Below, piece by piece: positions 22,044-34,189 of a stretch of 64,000 bases of DNA (within the stretch, counting starts at the first letter, position 1; every line of letters begins with the position of its first letter). The DNA comes from Candidatus Latescibacterota bacterium. GTDB taxonomy: Bacteria; Latescibacterota; UBA2968; UBA8231. The translations under genes were made by a program, and so were the position numbers. The stretch lies in the NCBI GenBank assembly GCA_965204725.1, contig OZ242005.1, positions 1,728,001 through 1,792,000 on the forward strand. Reading direction: 5' to 3'. A model generated the notes under the pieces. It made no database searches. It saw nothing but the letters and a program-made list of their open reading frames with translations, and was not told where the DNA came from.

Positions 22044-25025
22044 ATGGAAACCAGAAAAAACATCGATCTCGCGACCATCCGTTCCCGTCTCCAAGCCACT
22101 CAAGGTCCAGAGTACTGGCGCAGCTTGGACCAATTGGCTCAGACCGAAGAATTTGCCGCCATGGTCCAGCGCGAGTTCCCCGAGCAAGCGGCCGAGTTGA
22201 AGGATCCGGTCAGTCGGCGGAATTTTCTCAAGCTCATGAGCGCATCGCTGGCGCTAGGCGGGCTTTCGGGTTGCACGATTCAGCCCCGCGAAAAAATCGT
22301 TCCCCAAGTCCGGGCCCCGGAAGATGTCATTCCCGGCAAGCCTCAGTACTTTGCTTCGGCCGCCTCGCTCGGCGGTGTGGGCATGGGCATCCTAGTCGAG
22401 AGCCATCAGGGGCGGCCGACCAAAATCGAGGGCAATCCCGAGCATCCCTCCGGCAGCCGCGGCTCCAATGCGCTCATACAGGCTTCGATTCTCGACCTCT
22501 ACGACCCCGACCGGTCGCAAACGGTTAAAAACGCCGGTCGCATCAGCACTTGGAGCATCTTCCTAGCCGATCTGACGCAGCGGTTGAGCTTGCACGAGGC
22601 CAACGGCGGCGCTGGCCTGCGCATCCTGACCCAGACGGTGACTTCGCCGACCCTTGGGCACCAGTTGCAGGCCCTGCAGGCCCAGTTTCCCCAAGCCCAG
22701 TGGCACCAGTACGAGCCTGTCAATCGCGACAACGCCCGCGCCGGGGCCCAAATGGCCTTTGGCGAGCCGGTCCATGCGTTTTACGACGTCGCCCACGCCA
22801 AGGTGATTCTATCGCTGGACGCGGACTTTACCTACAGCGCTCCCGGCAACGTCCGCCACGCTCGGGACCTAGCGGCCGGTCGCCGCTTTCGCAACAACGC
22901 CAAGGCCAGCAATCGGCTCTATGCGGTCGAGAGCAGTCCAACGCCTACGGGCAGCGCAGCCGATCACCGCTTGGCCCTAGGCACGGCGTCCATCGAAGCC
23001 TTGGCCCTAAAGGTGGCCCAAGGGCTTGGCATCGGCTGGGAGGGGCCGAGCGTTCCGGCCGACTTCTCCGCGCACGATGCCTGGATTGCCGCCCTCGTCG
23101 ATGACCTAAAAGCCCACCGCGGTCAAAGCCTCGTCCTCGCGGGCGACCAGCAGGCCCCGGCCGTCCACGCTTTGGCCCATGCGATCAACCACGCCCTCGG
23201 CAATGTGGGCACAACGATACACTACACCGATCCCCTCGAAGTCGAGTCGGTTGACCAGCGCGCGTCGCTAGCCGCTTTAGTCGCCGACATGAACGCCGGC
23301 CAAGTCGAGTCCTTGTTCATCCTCGGCGGCAATCCGGTGTACGACGCGCCCGTGGATCTCGACTTTGCGGCCGCGCTCGACCAAGTCGGCTACCGCGTCC
23401 ACCTCGGCCTGTACGACAATGAAACGTCGGAACGCTGCCATTGGCACATCCCAGAATCTCATTTTCTCGAAGCGTGGAGCGACACCCGCGCCCACGACGG
23501 CCTCGCCACGATTGTCCAGCCGCTAATAAGCCCGCTCTACAAGAGCCAATCAGCGCACGACTTTTTGGCGGTCCTCACCGGCCAGCCCGGGGTCCCCGAT
23601 CTTGAAATCGTGCGCCAGTATTGGGAGGGACAAGGGCTGGATGCGACAGCTTGGCGTCGCGCCCTGCACGACGGCTTCGTCGAGGGTACGCGCCCCCAAG
23701 CCCAATCCGCCCAACTCGTTCCGCTGCGGCTGCCGGCAACCACTGGGAACCTGCCCGCCGAAGAAGACCTCGAAATCCACTTTCGGCCCGATCCCATGGT
23801 GTGGGACGGCCGCTTTACCAACAACGCTTGGCTGCAAGAGACCCCTAAGCCCATCACCAAGCTAACTTGGGACAACGCCGTCCTCGTCAGCCCGGCCACG
23901 GCCGAGCGCCTGCGGCTCAAGAGCGAATTTCTCGCCGAACTGCGCTTTGACGGGCGGGCGCTCAAGGCAGCGGTTTGGATCGTGCCCGGCCAAGCCGACG
24001 GCGTCGCCACCTTGCACTTGGGCTACGGCCAAAAGCGTAGTGGCCGCATCGGGCGCGACAAGGGGTTCAATGCCTATGCCTTGCGGCCTACGGCGGCCTT
24101 GTGGAGCGGCGGCGACCTCCAGATCAGCGGCTCCTACGACCGCTATCGCCTCGCCTGTACGCAAGACCACCACAGCATGGAAGGCCGCAACTTCGTGCGC
24201 CAAGCCTCGCTAGACTACTACCAAGCGCATCCGCACTTTGCCCACGAAGGCACCCACGACCCGCCCGATGACCTGACGCTCCACAACCGCACGGATCACC
24301 AATACACAGGCTATGCTTGGGGCATGGTAATCGATCTAGGCTCCTGCATCGGCTGCAATGCGTGCGCAACGGCCTGCCAAGCCGAAAACAACATCCCCAT
24401 CGTGGGCAAGGACGAAGTCCTCAACGGCCGCGAAATGCCTTGGATTCGCGTCGATCGCTACTACAAGGGGTCGCTCGATAACCCCGAGATCGCGCACCAG
24501 CCCGTGCCTTGCATGCAGTGCGAAAACGCCCCTTGCGAGTTGGTTTGCCCGGTCGCGGCTACGACCCACAGCGACGAGGGCCTCAACGACATGGTCTATA
24601 ATCGCTGCGTCGGCACCCGCTACTGCGCCAACAACTGCCCCTATAAGGTGCGGCGCTTCAACTTCCTCCAATACGCCGACCGCGATACCGAAAGCCTAAA
24701 ATTGCAGCGCAATCCCGATGTCACCACGCGCGCCCGCGGCGTCATGGAAAAATGCACGTACTGCGTCCAGCGCATCAACCAAGCACGCATTGAGGCCAAA
24801 AAGGCGAATCGCACCATAGGCGATGGCGAGATCGTCACCGCCTGCGAGCAAGCCTGTCCCACCGAGTCCATCGTCTTCGGGGACATCAACGATCCCGAGA
24901 GTCGCGTCTCTGCGCTCAAGGCATCCCCGCTCAACTACGGCATCCTCACCGAGTTGAACACGCGCCCCCGCACCACGTATTTAGCCAGCATCAAGAACCC
25001 CAATCCCAAAATTGCCGAGGCTTAG
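22044..25025 (+). CDS. actB: Alternative complex III ActB (Tat-exported molybdopterin-oxidoreductase-like + Fe-S domain)
   Basis: YWRSL, SRRNFLK Tat motif, [36 protein letters not shown]. Confidence 0.93.
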   Translation: METRKNIDLATIRSRLQATQGPEYWRSLDQLAQTEEFAAMVQREFPEQAAELKDPVSRRNFLKLMSASLALGGLSGCTIQPREKIVPQVRAPEDVIPGKPQYFASAASLGGVGMGILVESHQGRPTKIEGNPEHPSGSRGSNALIQASILDLYDPDRSQTVKNAGRISTWSIFLADLTQRLSLHEANGGAGLRILTQTVTSPTLGHQLQALQAQFPQAQWHQYEPVNRDNARAGAQMAFGEPVHAFYDVAHAKVILSLDADFTYSAPGNVRHARDLAAGRRFRNNAKASNRLYAVESSPTPTGSAADHRLALGTASIEALALKVAQGLGIGWEGPSVPADFSAHDAWIAALVDDLKAHRGQSLVLAGDQQAPAVHALAHAINHALGNVGTTIHYTDPLEVESVDQRASLAALVADMNAGQVESLFILGGNPVYDAPVDLDFAAALDQVGYRVHLGLYDNETSERCHWHIPESHFLEAWSDTRAHDGLATIVQPLISPLYKSQSAHDFLAVLTGQPGVPDLEIVRQYWEGQGLDATAWRRALHDGFVEGTRPQAQSAQLVPLRLPATTGNLPAEEDLEIHFRPDPMVWDGRFTNNAWLQETPKPITKLTWDNAVLVSPATAERLRLKSEFLAELRFDGRALKAAVWIVPGQADGVATLHLGYGQKRSGRIGRDKGFNAYALRPTAALWSGGDLQISGSYDRYRLACTQDHHSMEGRNFVRQASLDYYQAHPHFAHEGTHDPPDDLTLHNRTDHQYTGYAWGMVIDLGSCIGCNACATACQAENNIPIVGKDEVLNGREMPWIRVDRYYKGSLDNPEIAHQPVPCMQCENAPCELVCPVAATTHSDEGLNDMVYNRCVGTRYCANNCPYKVRRFNFLQYADRDTESLKLQRNPDVTTRARGVMEKCTYCVQRINQARIEAKKANRTIGDGEIVTACEQACPTESIVFGDINDPESRVSALKASPLNYGILTELNTRPRTTYLASIKNPNPKIAEA

Positions 25026-25026
25026 C

Positions 25027-26400
25027 ATGTCCGAAACTGCGAAAACGCCTTATCGCCCCCCAGTGTCGGAACTAGGCCCGAGCCAGACCTCGTACACCTC
25101 AATCACCGACAAAATCAGCGGGATCGTCCTGACCAAAAACACTCCGCTGGCGTGGTTCCTTTGCTTTGCTTTGGGCTTTTTGCTGCTGCACGGACTCATG
25201 ATCGGCGTTCCCTACCTGCTGTTTGAGGGCGTGGGCATCTGGGGCATCAACAATCCGGTGGGCTGGGGTTGGGCCATCATCAACTTTGTCTGGTGGATCG
25301 GCATCGGCCACGCCGGCACCCTGATCTCGGCGATTTTACTCTTATTCCGGCAGCGGTGGCGCACCTCGATCAACCGCGCGGCCGAGGCCATGACCATCTT
25401 TGCCGTGCTCTGCGCCGCGCAGTTTCCGCTCTTTCACACCGGGCGGCCTTGGCTGGCCTGTTACTGGCTGTTGCCCTATCCCAACTCCATGGATCTCTGG
25501 CCGCAGTTTCGCAGCCCGCTTATTTGGGACGTCTTCGCGGTCTCGACCTATTTGACGGTGTCGCTGGTCTTTTGGTTCGTCGGCTTGGTTCCAGACTTAG
25601 CGAGCCTGCGCGACCGCGCCAAAAACCGCATTGCCCAAGTTCTCTACGGCGTCCTCGCGCTTGGCTGGCGCGGCTCGGCCATTCACTGGGAGCGCTACGA
25701 AATGGCGTCCCTGTTGCTGGCCGGCCTCTCCACCCCCCTCGTGCTCTCGGTCCACAGCGTCGTCAGTTTCGACTTTGCCGTCGGGCTGATACCCGGGTGG
25801 CACACGACCATATTCCCTCCCTATTTCGTCGCCGGGGCCATCTATGCGGGCTTTGCCATGGTCCTGACCTTGATGATCCCCATGCGCCTCATCTATGGGT
25901 TGGACGACTTCATAACCGAGCGCCATCTAAACAACATGGCCAAAGTCATGCTCGCTTCCGGGCTGATTGTGGGATATGGCTACTTCATGGAGCAGTTCAT
26001 CGCTTGGTACAGCGCCAGCGTCTTTGAGAGCTATATGATGGAAAACCGCATGCATGGCCCGTACGGCCCCTTCTACTGGGCCTTGATCGTCTGCAACATC
26101 GCCGTGCCCCAGCTCCTTTGGTTTAGGCACTTCCGCACGAGTATGTTCTGGCTATTTTTCATTTCTCAGTTCATCAACGTCGGCATGTGGCTGGAGCGCT
26201 TCATCATCGTCGTCACGAGCCTACATCGCGATTTTATGCCCTCTTCTTGGGGCATGTTCCACCCAACTATCTGGGACATTGCCATCTACGCGGGGACCAT
26301 CGGCTTGTTCATCGTCCTGTTTTTTCTCTTCATCCGCGGCCTACCGATGATTTCCATCCACGAGATCCGCAATCTGCTGGTCTCTGGCGACCACAAGTGA
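25027..26400 (+). CDS. actC: Alternative complex III NrfD-like quinol-binding subunit
   Basis: [39 protein letters not shown]. Confidence 0.94.
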   Translation: MSETAKTPYRPPVSELGPSQTSYTSITDKISGIVLTKNTPLAWFLCFALGFLLLHGLMIGVPYLLFEGVGIWGINNPVGWGWAIINFVWWIGIGHAGTLISAILLLFRQRWRTSINRAAEAMTIFAVLCAAQFPLFHTGRPWLACYWLLPYPNSMDLWPQFRSPLIWDVFAVSTYLTVSLVFWFVGLVPDLASLRDRAKNRIAQVLYGVLALGWRGSAIHWERYEMASLLLAGLSTPLVLSVHSVVSFDFAVGLIPGWHTTIFPPYFVAGAIYAGFAMVLTLMIPMRLIYGLDDFITERHLNNMAKVMLASGLIVGYGYFMEQFIAWYSASVFESYMMENRMHGPYGPFYWALIVCNIAVPQLLWFRHFRTSMFWLFFISQFINVGMWLERFIIVVTSLHRDFMPSSWGMFHPTIWDIAIYAGTIGLFIVLFFLFIRGLPMISIHEIRNLLVSGDHK

Positions 26401-26411
26401 GCCCTTGATTT

Positions 26412-26954
26412 ATGCAGCACACCGAACCAACGCCCTACGGCCTGCTGGCCGAATTTGAATCCCCCAACGACTTGCTGGCCGCGGCCAAGGCGACCTTTGC
26501 GGCCGGCTACCGCAAGATCGACGCTTATTCGCCCATGCCCGTCCACGGTTTGGGCGCGGCGATTGGCTTTCCGCGCACCAGGTTGCCTTGGCTGGTTTTC
26601 GCCTTTGGCCTACTCGGCGCCATCACCGGCTACTCCCTGTGCTATTGGGTCTCGGTCATCGACTATCCGCTCAACATCGCCGGCAAGCCCTTGCACAGCG
26701 GGCCGATGTTCATCCCGGTGACCTTTGAGCTGACCATCCTCTTTGCCGCCCTCAGTTCGGCCGTTGGCATGTTCATTGCCAACGGCCTGCCCCAGCCCTA
26801 TCACCCGGTCTTCAACGCGCCCAACTTCAGCCGCGCCAGCCAAGATCGCTTCTTTCTCTGCATTGAGGCCGAAGACCCCCAGTTCGACCGCAAAAAAACC
26901 GAGGAATTTCTGCGCGGCCTAAACCCGCATGAGGTTGTCGAAGTTGAAAACTGA
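26412..26954 (+). CDS. actD: Alternative complex III ActD (DUF3341)
   Basis: DAYSPMPVHG, GKP, PVTFELTIL; operon position. Confidence 0.9.
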   Translation: MQHTEPTPYGLLAEFESPNDLLAAAKATFAAGYRKIDAYSPMPVHGLGAAIGFPRTRLPWLVFAFGLLGAITGYSLCYWVSVIDYPLNIAGKPLHSGPMFIPVTFELTILFAALSSAVGMFIANGLPQPYHPVFNAPNFSRASQDRFFLCIEAEDPQFDRKKTEEFLRGLNPHEVVEVEN

Positions 26955-26955
26955 A

Positions 26956-27540
26956 ATGACCATCGCCAGCCGACGGCCCGCGGCCCTGTTGGCAGCGGCG
27001 CTGTTGCTGATTGGCACCGCCGGTTGCGAGCTGCGGCAGGCCATGTACAATCAAGAAAAATACGAGCCGCTAGAGGCCTCGGCGTTCTTTGCCGACGGCA
27101 TGTCCTTTCGCCCGCAGGTAGAAGGCACTGTGGCGCGCGGCCAACTGATGCTCGACGAACACTTCTACCAAGGCACCATACAAGGCCAACTCGCGGAGAC
27201 CTTGCCGGTGCCGGTTGACCGCCCGCTCCTAGCGCGCGGCCGCGAGCGCTACAACATTTTCTGCGCCCCCTGCCACGACCGGACCGGCGCGGGCAACGGC
27301 CTGATCGTCCAGCGGGGGCTCAAACAACCGGAGAGTTTTCACCAAGAGCGGCTGCGCGAGGCCCCGGTCGGCCACTTTTACGATGTCATTACCAATGGCT
27401 TTGGCGTCATGTATAGCTACTCCTCCCGCATTCCCGTGGCCGACCGCTGGGCCATCGTCGCCTATCTCAAGGTGTTACAGCTAAGCCAGAACCTCGAACT
27501 GGACCAACTGCCGGTCGAGGACCAAAGGCAACTTCAATGA
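26956..27540 (+). CDS. actE: Alternative complex III monoheme lipoprotein cytochrome c
   Basis: Lipobox TAGC, GTVARG, CAPCH, DRWAIVAY. Confidence 0.9.
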   Translation: MTIASRRPAALLAAALLLIGTAGCELRQAMYNQEKYEPLEASAFFADGMSFRPQVEGTVARGQLMLDEHFYQGTIQGQLAETLPVPVDRPLLARGRERYNIFCAPCHDRTGAGNGLIVQRGLKQPESFHQERLREAPVGHFYDVITNGFGVMYSYSSRIPVADRWAIVAYLKVLQLSQNLELDQLPVEDQRQLQ

Positions 27541-28772
27541 ACGAGTCGATTACCCAACAGTCCGCTGCCCTCCATCCCTATTTGGACACCCTCCAGCGCC
27601 GCGCACTGGCCGTGGGCTTGGCCGGTTTGGCCGCCGCTGCGGTCGGCTACTTCACCGCCGAGGAGCAGTTCTTCCGCTCTTATTTGCTGGCCTTTACCTT
27701 CTGGATCGGCCTGCCCTTGGGCAGCATGGGCATCCTCATGATCCACCACGTCGGCGGCGGCACTTGGGGATTTTCGATCCGGCGGCTGCTCGAAGCGGGG
27801 ACCCGCACCTTGCCGCTGATGTTTCTGCTCGCGCTGCCCATTCTCTTCTTCGGCCTGCACGACCTCTACGAGTGGACTCATCAGAGCGTAGTGCAAAAAG
27901 ACGCCATCCTCCAGAAGAAGGCCCCTTATCTCGACGAGCCTTTCTTTATCGCCCGCACCGTGCTCTACTTTATTATATGGGGGCTGTTCGCCTTTCTGCT
28001 CAACCGCTGGTCGCAGCAGCAAGATCAGACGACGGCCACGCATCCAACCCACCGCTTGCAGCTCTTGAGCGGCCCGGGGATCGTCGTTTTCTTTGTGACC
28101 GCAACGCTGGCCTCTATGGATTGGCTCATGTCGCTCGAGCCGCATTGGTTCTCGACTATTTTTGGCATCATCTACATCGTGGGCATGGGGCTGATGGCCT
28201 GGGGCTTCGCGTTCCTCGTAGCGGTTCCCCTCGCGCGCCGCAAACCGCTACAGGGCGTAATTACCGAGCAGCACCTGCGCGACTTGGGCACTTTTATGCT
28301 CGCCTGCGTCATGCTCTGGGCATACACCTCGTTTTCCCAGTTGCTCATTATCTGGTCGGCCAATCTGCCCGAGGAAATCACTTGGTACATGACCCGCTTG
28401 GAGGGCGGCTGGCAATACATTGGCTACGGGCTGCTGGTGTTTCACTTTGCCGTTCCCTTTCTGTTTCTCATATCCAGCACGATGAAGTCCAAAACCAAGC
28501 TGCTCGGCGCCATTGCCGCGGGCTTGGTTTTCATGCGCTTGGTCGATTTGTACTGGATCACGGCCCCGACCTTCACCAAGGTCCACGCCGAGCACGGGCC
28601 GAGTTTCCACAGCACCGGGATTACCCTACACTGGCTCGACCTAGTCATTCCAATAGGCATCGGCGGCATCGTCATTGCGCTCTTCTTCTCTCAGCTAAAA
28701 AAACGCGCCCTGATCGCGCAAAACGACCCCCGCTTTGCAGACCTCTACCGCGGCGAGAGCAATCATGGCTGA
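27537..28772 (+). CDS. actF: Alternative complex III ActF membrane subunit
   Basis: DWLMSLEPHWFST, SQLLIIWSANLPEE; ~10 TMs. Confidence 0.9.
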   Translation: MNESITQQSAALHPYLDTLQRRALAVGLAGLAAAAVGYFTAEEQFFRSYLLAFTFWIGLPLGSMGILMIHHVGGGTWGFSIRRLLEAGTRTLPLMFLLALPILFFGLHDLYEWTHQSVVQKDAILQKKAPYLDEPFFIARTVLYFIIWGLFAFLLNRWSQQQDQTTATHPTHRLQLLSGPGIVVFFVTATLASMDWLMSLEPHWFSTIFGIIYIVGMGLMAWGFAFLVAVPLARRKPLQGVITEQHLRDLGTFMLACVMLWAYTSFSQLLIIWSANLPEEITWYMTRLEGGWQYIGYGLLVFHFAVPFLFLISSTMKSKTKLLGAIAAGLVFMRLVDLYWITAPTFTKVHAEHGPSFHSTGITLHWLDLVIPIGIGGIVIALFFSQLKKRALIAQNDPRFADLYRGESNHG

Positions 28773-29157
28773 ACAAGCACCCCAATCCACCCACTCCGGC
28801 TACGAGACGACCGATGCGCGGATAACGCCCTTGGCCCAGACCGGCCTTTTTATTACCGCGCTAGTCATCGCTTCCTTTGTCGGCATGCTCGTCTTATTCC
28901 GGGTTTTCGCCTATTACCAGCCGCTCTTCGACGATCCGGTGCCGCCGCTCGTCGCCAACCGCATCGCCACCATTGCGCCGCGGCTGCAGGTGGACCCGCC
29001 CAAGCAAAAGGTCGAGCTGGCCCAAAGCGAAGCCGCGCTGCTCAACTCCTATGGCTGGATCGACCAACAAGTGAAGGTGGTCCACATTCCCATCGAGCGC
29101 GCAATGGATCTGGTGAGCGCCGGCAAAATGCCGCTCATCGCGCCCGCGGCCCCATGA
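28765..29157 (+). CDS. ActG-like single-TM subunit
   Basis: PRLQVDP, YGWID, HIPIERAM; position after actF. Confidence 0.7.
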   Translation: MAEQAPQSTHSGYETTDARITPLAQTGLFITALVIASFVGMLVLFRVFAYYQPLFDDPVPPLVANRIATIAPRLQVDPPKQKVELAQSEAALLNSYGWIDQQVKVVHIPIERAMDLVSAGKMPLIAPAAP

Positions 29158-29993
29158 GCAGAGCCACGACGACATTCTTTCGCAGTGCGATCTTCGCATC
29201 GGCCCTGCTGCTAGCCGGCCAAGCCGGAGCGCAAAGCTATACCCAGCAGCTACAAGAACGCATTGGCATCGACCAGAAATTGGGCGATTCGATCCCCTTG
29301 GATCTCGAATTCACCGACTCCAGCGGCGAGCGCGTCTCGCTGCGCCAATACTTCGGCCAAAAGCCCATCGTACTCACCTTAGTGTACTACGAATGCCCCA
29401 TGCTCTGCACCCAAGTGCTCAATAGCCTCTTGCGGGCCATGAACGTGCTGAGTTTTGGCATTGGCACGGATTTCGACGTGTTGACCATCAGCGTCGATCC
29501 GGGCGAAACTCCAGAGTTGGCCGCGGCCAAAAAGGCCGAATACAACAAAAACTACCGCGGCCGCGATGGCTCTACGGGCTGGCACTTCCTCACCGGCGAG
29601 GCACACTCCATCAACCAGCTAGCCGAAGCCGTCGGCTTTCGCTACCTATACGACGAAGACACCGATCAGTACATTCACGCCAGCGGCCTGATGGTGCTGA
29701 CGCCGGCAGGCAAACTAGCGCGTTACTTCTACGGCATCGACTACCCCCCGCGCGACTTGCGCTGGGGCCTCGTCGAAGCAGCCGACGGCGCCATCGGCAA
29801 TCCGGTCGATCAGCTGCTCCTGCTCTGCTACAGCTACGACCCAATGACCGGCAAATACGGTCTCTACATCCGCAATTCCCTGCGCATCGGTGGGCTGATT
29901 ACCGTGCTGGCTCTCGCGGCCTTTATCATCGCTATGCTCAAGCGGGAGCGCCGCAACAGCCGCAACAACCTGCACCAGCCTCAGCTCAACTAG
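29154..29993 (+). CDS. SCO/SenC copper chaperone
   Basis: YECPMLC (CxxxC), WHFLTG, conserved His; C-terminal TM. Confidence 0.88.
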   Translation: MSRATTTFFRSAIFASALLLAGQAGAQSYTQQLQERIGIDQKLGDSIPLDLEFTDSSGERVSLRQYFGQKPIVLTLVYYECPMLCTQVLNSLLRAMNVLSFGIGTDFDVLTISVDPGETPELAAAKKAEYNKNYRGRDGSTGWHFLTGEAHSINQLAEAVGFRYLYDEDTDQYIHASGLMVLTPAGKLARYFYGIDYPPRDLRWGLVEAADGAIGNPVDQLLLLCYSYDPMTGKYGLYIRNSLRIGGLITVLALAAFIIAMLKRERRNSRNNLHQPQLN

Positions 29994-30011
29994 TTCGGAG
30001 CCCTGAACCGC

Positions 30012-30947
30012 ATGTCCGACTTTCCACTTTTTCCCGCCCAAGCCTCCACCGTCGCCTGGCAGGTAGATGCCCTGTACGCATTCTTGCTCGCCCTGACTGT
30101 GCTCTTCTGCCTGCTCGTGTTCGGCATGGTAATCGTCTTTGCCATCAAGTACCGCCGCCGCTCGGACGACGAACAGCCCGAGCAAAACCACGGCAACCTC
30201 GCCCTCGAATTGTCTTGGACCATCATTCCGCTCTTTCTCGCCCTTTTCGTCTTTTTGCTCGGGGCCGACGTGTTCTTCCGGCTCCAGCGGCCGCCGGCCG
30301 ACCCCTTGGAGATCTATGTGGTTGGCAAGCAGTGGATGTGGAAAATCCAGCACGAATCGGGCAAGCGAGAAATCAACACCCTGCACGTACCCAAGGGACA
30401 GCCCGTCCGCTTGACCATGACTTCGGAGGACGCAATCCACGACTTTTTCATCCCCGCCTTTCGGGTCAAAAACGACGTGTTGCCCGGGCGCTACACCACC
30501 TTGTGGTTCGAGGCCACGCAGACGGGCGAATTCCACTTGTTTTGCGCCGAGTATTGCGGCACCCAGCACTCGGGTATGATCGGCAAGGTAATCGTCTTAG
30601 AGCCCGCCGATTACCACGACTGGCTGACGGGCGCGTCCAGCGGCGAGTCCATGGTCGAGGCGGGCCAGCGCCAGTTTCAGCAACTCGGCTGCGAGACCTG
30701 CCACAAATCCACGGCCACGGGTCGCGGCCCGTCGCTGATCGGGATTTACGACAAGCCGGTAACGCTCAGCAACGGGCAGGAGATCGTCGTCGATAGCGAC
30801 TATATCCGCGAGTCCATCCTCCAGCCCACGGCCAAAATAGTCGCCGGGTACGAGCCGATTATGCCCGTCTTTGAGGGGCAGATCAGCGAGCAATCGCTCC
30901 TGCAAATCGCGTCTTATATCAAATCCCTGAGTGAGTCCGCAGAGTGA
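30012..30947 (+). CDS. coxB: Cytochrome c oxidase subunit II fused to cytochrome c (caa3-type)
   Basis: CuA motif [12 protein letters not shown]; C-terminal CETCH. Confidence 0.95.
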   Translation: MSDFPLFPAQASTVAWQVDALYAFLLALTVLFCLLVFGMVIVFAIKYRRRSDDEQPEQNHGNLALELSWTIIPLFLALFVFLLGADVFFRLQRPPADPLEIYVVGKQWMWKIQHESGKREINTLHVPKGQPVRLTMTSEDAIHDFFIPAFRVKNDVLPGRYTTLWFEATQTGEFHLFCAEYCGTQHSGMIGKVIVLEPADYHDWLTGASSGESMVEAGQRQFQQLGCETCHKSTATGRGPSLIGIYDKPVTLSNGQEIVVDSDYIRESILQPTAKIVAGYEPIMPVFEGQISEQSLLQIASYIKSLSESAE

Positions 30948-30972
30948 ATATCTCAACGAGGTCATTCAAGCC

Positions 30973-32640
30973 ATGAGCCACGCAGTTAGCGCCAACGGCG
31001 AGCCGAGGAACTATCTCAACGAAACCTATGGGATCAAATCTTGGCTCCTGACCCTAGATCACAAGCGCATCGGTATCCTCTACTTGATAACGATGGCGAT
31101 CTTCTTCTTGGCCGGCAGCCTTTTCGCCAGTGTAATTCGCTTTGAGCTGATGACGCCCCAAGGCGATTTGGTCGAGGCCGAGACCTACAACAAGCTCTTC
31201 ACCATGCACGGCGTGGTGATGATCTTCTTCTTTCTCATCCCCTCCATCCCAGCGGCCCTCGGCAACTTTCTCATCCCCCTGCAAATCGGCGCTCGGGACG
31301 TGGCCTTCCCCCGCCTCAATCTCCTCAGTTACTATCTCTACACCGCCGGGGGGCTGTTCGCCGTGTTGGCCATCATCATGGGGGGCATTGACACGGGTTG
31401 GACCTTTTACACGCCTTATAGCAGCACGTATGCCACTTCGTTTGTCTCTTTGGCCCTAGTCGGCGTTTTCGTCAACGGCTTCTCTTCGATTCTCACTGGG
31501 GTCAACTTCATGGTCACCATCCACAAGATGCGGGCCCCGGGCATGACGTGGTTCCGCTTGCCGCTCTTTATTTGGGGGCACTACGCGACCAGCCTAATTC
31601 AGGTCTTGGGCACCCCGGTCGTGGCCATCACCTTGTTGCTGGTCTGCTTCGAGCGCATCTTCAAAATCGGCATTTTCGATCCCAATTACGGCGGCGACCC
31701 CGTACTCTTCCAGCACATGTTCTGGTTTTACTCGCATCCGGCCGTATATATCATGATCCTGCCGGGCTTTGCCGTCATCAGCGAAGTCGTAGCCTGCTTC
31801 TCGCGCAAGCGGGTCTTCGGCTATTCGTTTGTCGCCTTTTCTTCGTTGGCCATCGCCATCCTCGGCTTTCTCGTCTGGGGCCACCACATGTTCGTATCGG
31901 GCCAATCCACCTACGCCAGCATGGTCTTTTCCTTCATTACCTTCTTCGTGGCCGTGCCCTCGGCGATCAAAATTTTCAACTGGTCTTTCACCCTCCACAA
32001 AGGCTCGGTTCAGCTCGACTCGCCCATGCTCTACGTGATGGGCTTTATCGGCCTGTTCACCATCGGCGGGCTGACGGGCCTGTTTCTTTCCACCTTGGGC
32101 ACGGATGTCCATCTCCACGACACCTATTTCGTGGTCGCCCACTTTCACTACGTCATGGTGGGCGGCATGGTCATGGCGTTTCTGTGCGGCCTGCATTTTT
32201 GGTGGCCTAAAATGACCGGGCGCATGTACTCGGAAGGGGCGGCCAAGCTCGGCGTCATGTTCGTCTTCGCCGGGTTCAACTTGACCTTCTTTCCCCAATT
32301 TGTCTTGGGGTACTTGGGCATGCCGCGGCGCTATCACGCCTATCCCGAGGAGTGGCAAGCCCTCAACATCATGTCAACAGCCGGGGCCACCGTCCTCGGG
32401 CTGGGCTTTTCCCTGACCATCGTCTATCTCCTCTGGTCCTTGTTCAAGGGCCAGAAGGCCACTGCCAATCCGTTCCAAGCCAAGGGCCTCGAATGGGATA
32501 TTCCCTCGCCGCCCATCGCCCACAACTTTGAAGCCATTCCGATCGTTACTTGGGAAGCCTATCCCTACGGCGAGGAGGAACCCGCAGCACCGAGCAGCGA
32601 GCCCGTACCTGAACGCGCTAAGGAGGACGAAGTTGTCTGA
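30973..32640 (+). CDS. coxA: Cytochrome c oxidase subunit I (type A2)
   Basis: [34 protein letters not shown]. Confidence 0.97.
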   Translation: MSHAVSANGEPRNYLNETYGIKSWLLTLDHKRIGILYLITMAIFFLAGSLFASVIRFELMTPQGDLVEAETYNKLFTMHGVVMIFFFLIPSIPAALGNFLIPLQIGARDVAFPRLNLLSYYLYTAGGLFAVLAIIMGGIDTGWTFYTPYSSTYATSFVSLALVGVFVNGFSSILTGVNFMVTIHKMRAPGMTWFRLPLFIWGHYATSLIQVLGTPVVAITLLLVCFERIFKIGIFDPNYGGDPVLFQHMFWFYSHPAVYIMILPGFAVISEVVACFSRKRVFGYSFVAFSSLAIAILGFLVWGHHMFVSGQSTYASMVFSFITFFVAVPSAIKIFNWSFTLHKGSVQLDSPMLYVMGFIGLFTIGGLTGLFLSTLGTDVHLHDTYFVVAHFHYVMVGGMVMAFLCGLHFWWPKMTGRMYSEGAAKLGVMFVFAGFNLTFFPQFVLGYLGMPRRYHAYPEEWQALNIMSTAGATVLGLGFSLTIVYLLWSLFKGQKATANPFQAKGLEWDIPSPPIAHNFEAIPIVTWEAYPYGEEEPAAPSSEPVPERAKEDEVV

Positions 32641-33301
32641 GCACGCACACAGCGCCCACCACCTACATCAGTTCGAGACCGCGCAGCAGCAATACGAAGC
32701 CGCCAGCCTCGGCATGTGGGCGTTCATCATCCAAGAAATCCTGTTCTTCGGGGGGCTGTTCGGCGCGTACACCGTGTATCGCAACACCTATATCGAAGCC
32801 TTTACCGCCGGCTCGCACCACCTCGACATCTTCTGGGGCACCTTCAACACCATCGTGCTAATCGCCAGCAGCCTGACCATGGCATTGGCTGTCCGCGCCG
32901 CGCAGACCGACGCCGGTCGCAACGCGATTACCGGGTGGCTCGTCGCCACGATCCTTCTCGGCTGCGCCTTCTTGGGCGTCAAGTACATCGAGTACAGCCA
33001 CAAGTGGCTCGATAACCTCATCCCAGGCAGCATGTTCCAGTGGAACGACCCCGCCTTCCCCGAGGTTTCGCTCGGCAACGCCAAAATTTTCTTCTCGTTC
33101 TACTTCGTGATGACCGGGATGCACGCCTTGCACATGGTCATTGGCGTTGGCATCATGCTGTGGATGATCGTCAAAGTCCAGCGCAACGAGATTTCGGCTC
33201 AGTACTTTACGCCGATTGAAATCAGCGGCCTCTACTGGCACTTCGTGGATATCGTGTGGATTTTCCTCTTCCCCCTGCTCTATCTGATCGGACGCCACTA
33301 A
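32633..33301 (+). CDS. coxC: Cytochrome c oxidase subunit III
   Basis: [28 protein letters not shown]; TTG start after AGGAGG. Confidence 0.92.
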   Translation: MSEHAHSAHHLHQFETAQQQYEAASLGMWAFIIQEILFFGGLFGAYTVYRNTYIEAFTAGSHHLDIFWGTFNTIVLIASSLTMALAVRAAQTDAGRNAITGWLVATILLGCAFLGVKYIEYSHKWLDNLIPGSMFQWNDPAFPEVSLGNAKIFFSFYFVMTGMHALHMVIGVGIMLWMIVKVQRNEISAQYFTPIEISGLYWHFVDIVWIFLFPLLYLIGRH

Positions 33302-33630
33302 TGTCTGAACATCACGTAGTTCCGCTCAAGATCTACTTTCTGATCTTCTTCGCCCTAATGATTGGCACCGTCCTCACGGTCGCCGCGGCCTTCGTCGATA
33401 TGGGCTTTTTGAATACGCCGGTCGCCCTGATCATCGCCTTAGTAAAGGCATCGCTGGTCATTTTGTTCTTCATGCACGTAAAATACAGCCCCAAGCTGGT
33501 CGGGCTGTTTGCCGTGGCCGGCTTCTTCTGGCTGTGCATCCTGCTGGCCTTGACCATGCAGGATTACTACACGCGCGGCTGGGGCGAGGAAGCACCGGTG
33601 GAGTTTTTGCAGGAAGGGTCGTTCTTCTAA
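33301..33630 (+). CDS. Cytochrome c oxidase subunit IV
   Basis: KASLVILFFMHVKY; 3 TMs. Confidence 0.88.
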   Translation: MSEHHVVPLKIYFLIFFALMIGTVLTVAAAFVDMGFLNTPVALIIALVKASLVILFFMHVKYSPKLVGLFAVAGFFWLCILLALTMQDYYTRGWGEEAPVEFLQEGSFF

Positions 33631-33720
33631 GTTTTAAGTCGAGCCTTACCAAGGCACGGGCGAGAGATACTCGTCGCCAAGCCGTGGAGATTCGGCAGCG
33701 CATCCCTGCCGCTTCTGCAT

Positions 33721-33757
33721 AAAAAAGCCCAAGCCGCTTTACACGGCTTGGGCTTTC
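33721..33757. terminator. Likely bidirectional terminator between the cox operon and the TA cluster
   Basis: AAAAAAGCCCAAGCCG...CGGCTTGGGCTTT hairpin. Confidence 0.75.
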
Positions 33758-33777
33758 GTCCTATACGCTTCCCCATT

Positions 33778-33956
33778 CTACTCTGTCGCTCGCGCCGCCT
33801 TGAGAAAGGCTACCACCTCCTTGTAGCACTCCTTCTTTTCGCCGCCCTCAATGTGGGAACCCCGGCCAGCCCATGTCAAGGCCATCCCTTCGGAGTTATT
33901 TTGTTTTGGGCGTTGACCTCGGCACCGAGATCCACCAAAAACTTTACTATCTCTAA
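33778..33956 (-). pseudogene. Frameshifted ankyrin-gene 3' remnant
   Basis: LEIVKFLVDLGAEVNAQ/(CAAAA duplication)/NNSEGMALTWA...EVVAFLKAAR; nucleotide copy of 34469-34551. Confidence 0.8.
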
Positions 33957-33970
33957 TTGAAGTGGAGAGA

Positions 33971-34189
33971 CTACAAACGCTCCCAAGTTGTCCGACTAAC
34001 ACCGGCCTGCGCTAAAATTTTATTCAAAAGCCCACGGCCAATGTCGCCACGATGTGGGTTAGGCAGGACAAGACGCGTCTTATCTCGGACCATATACTGA
34101 TGATTCCCCCCAGAATAGGGGCCTTCAAATCCCAATCTCCTCAAATAGCGAATAAGATCGCGGTGACTCAGCGGTCCAAATTGGGGCAT
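33971..34189 (-). CDS. HicA family toxin
   Basis: LRRLGFEGPYSGGNHQYM, PNPH, LLNKILAQAG; TGATG coupling to the upstream gene. Confidence 0.9.
   Translation of the reverse strand: MPQFGPLSHRDLIRYLRRLGFEGPYSGGNHQYMVRDKTRLVLPNPHRGDIGRGLLNKILAQAGVSRTTWERL

Noticed and set aside
27764-32358. Long overlapping/antisense ORFs (e.g. 27764-28825, 29715-30569, 31594-32358)
   Set aside because: Shadow ORFs of well-supported act/cox genes, expected in GC-rich DNA; no motifs.
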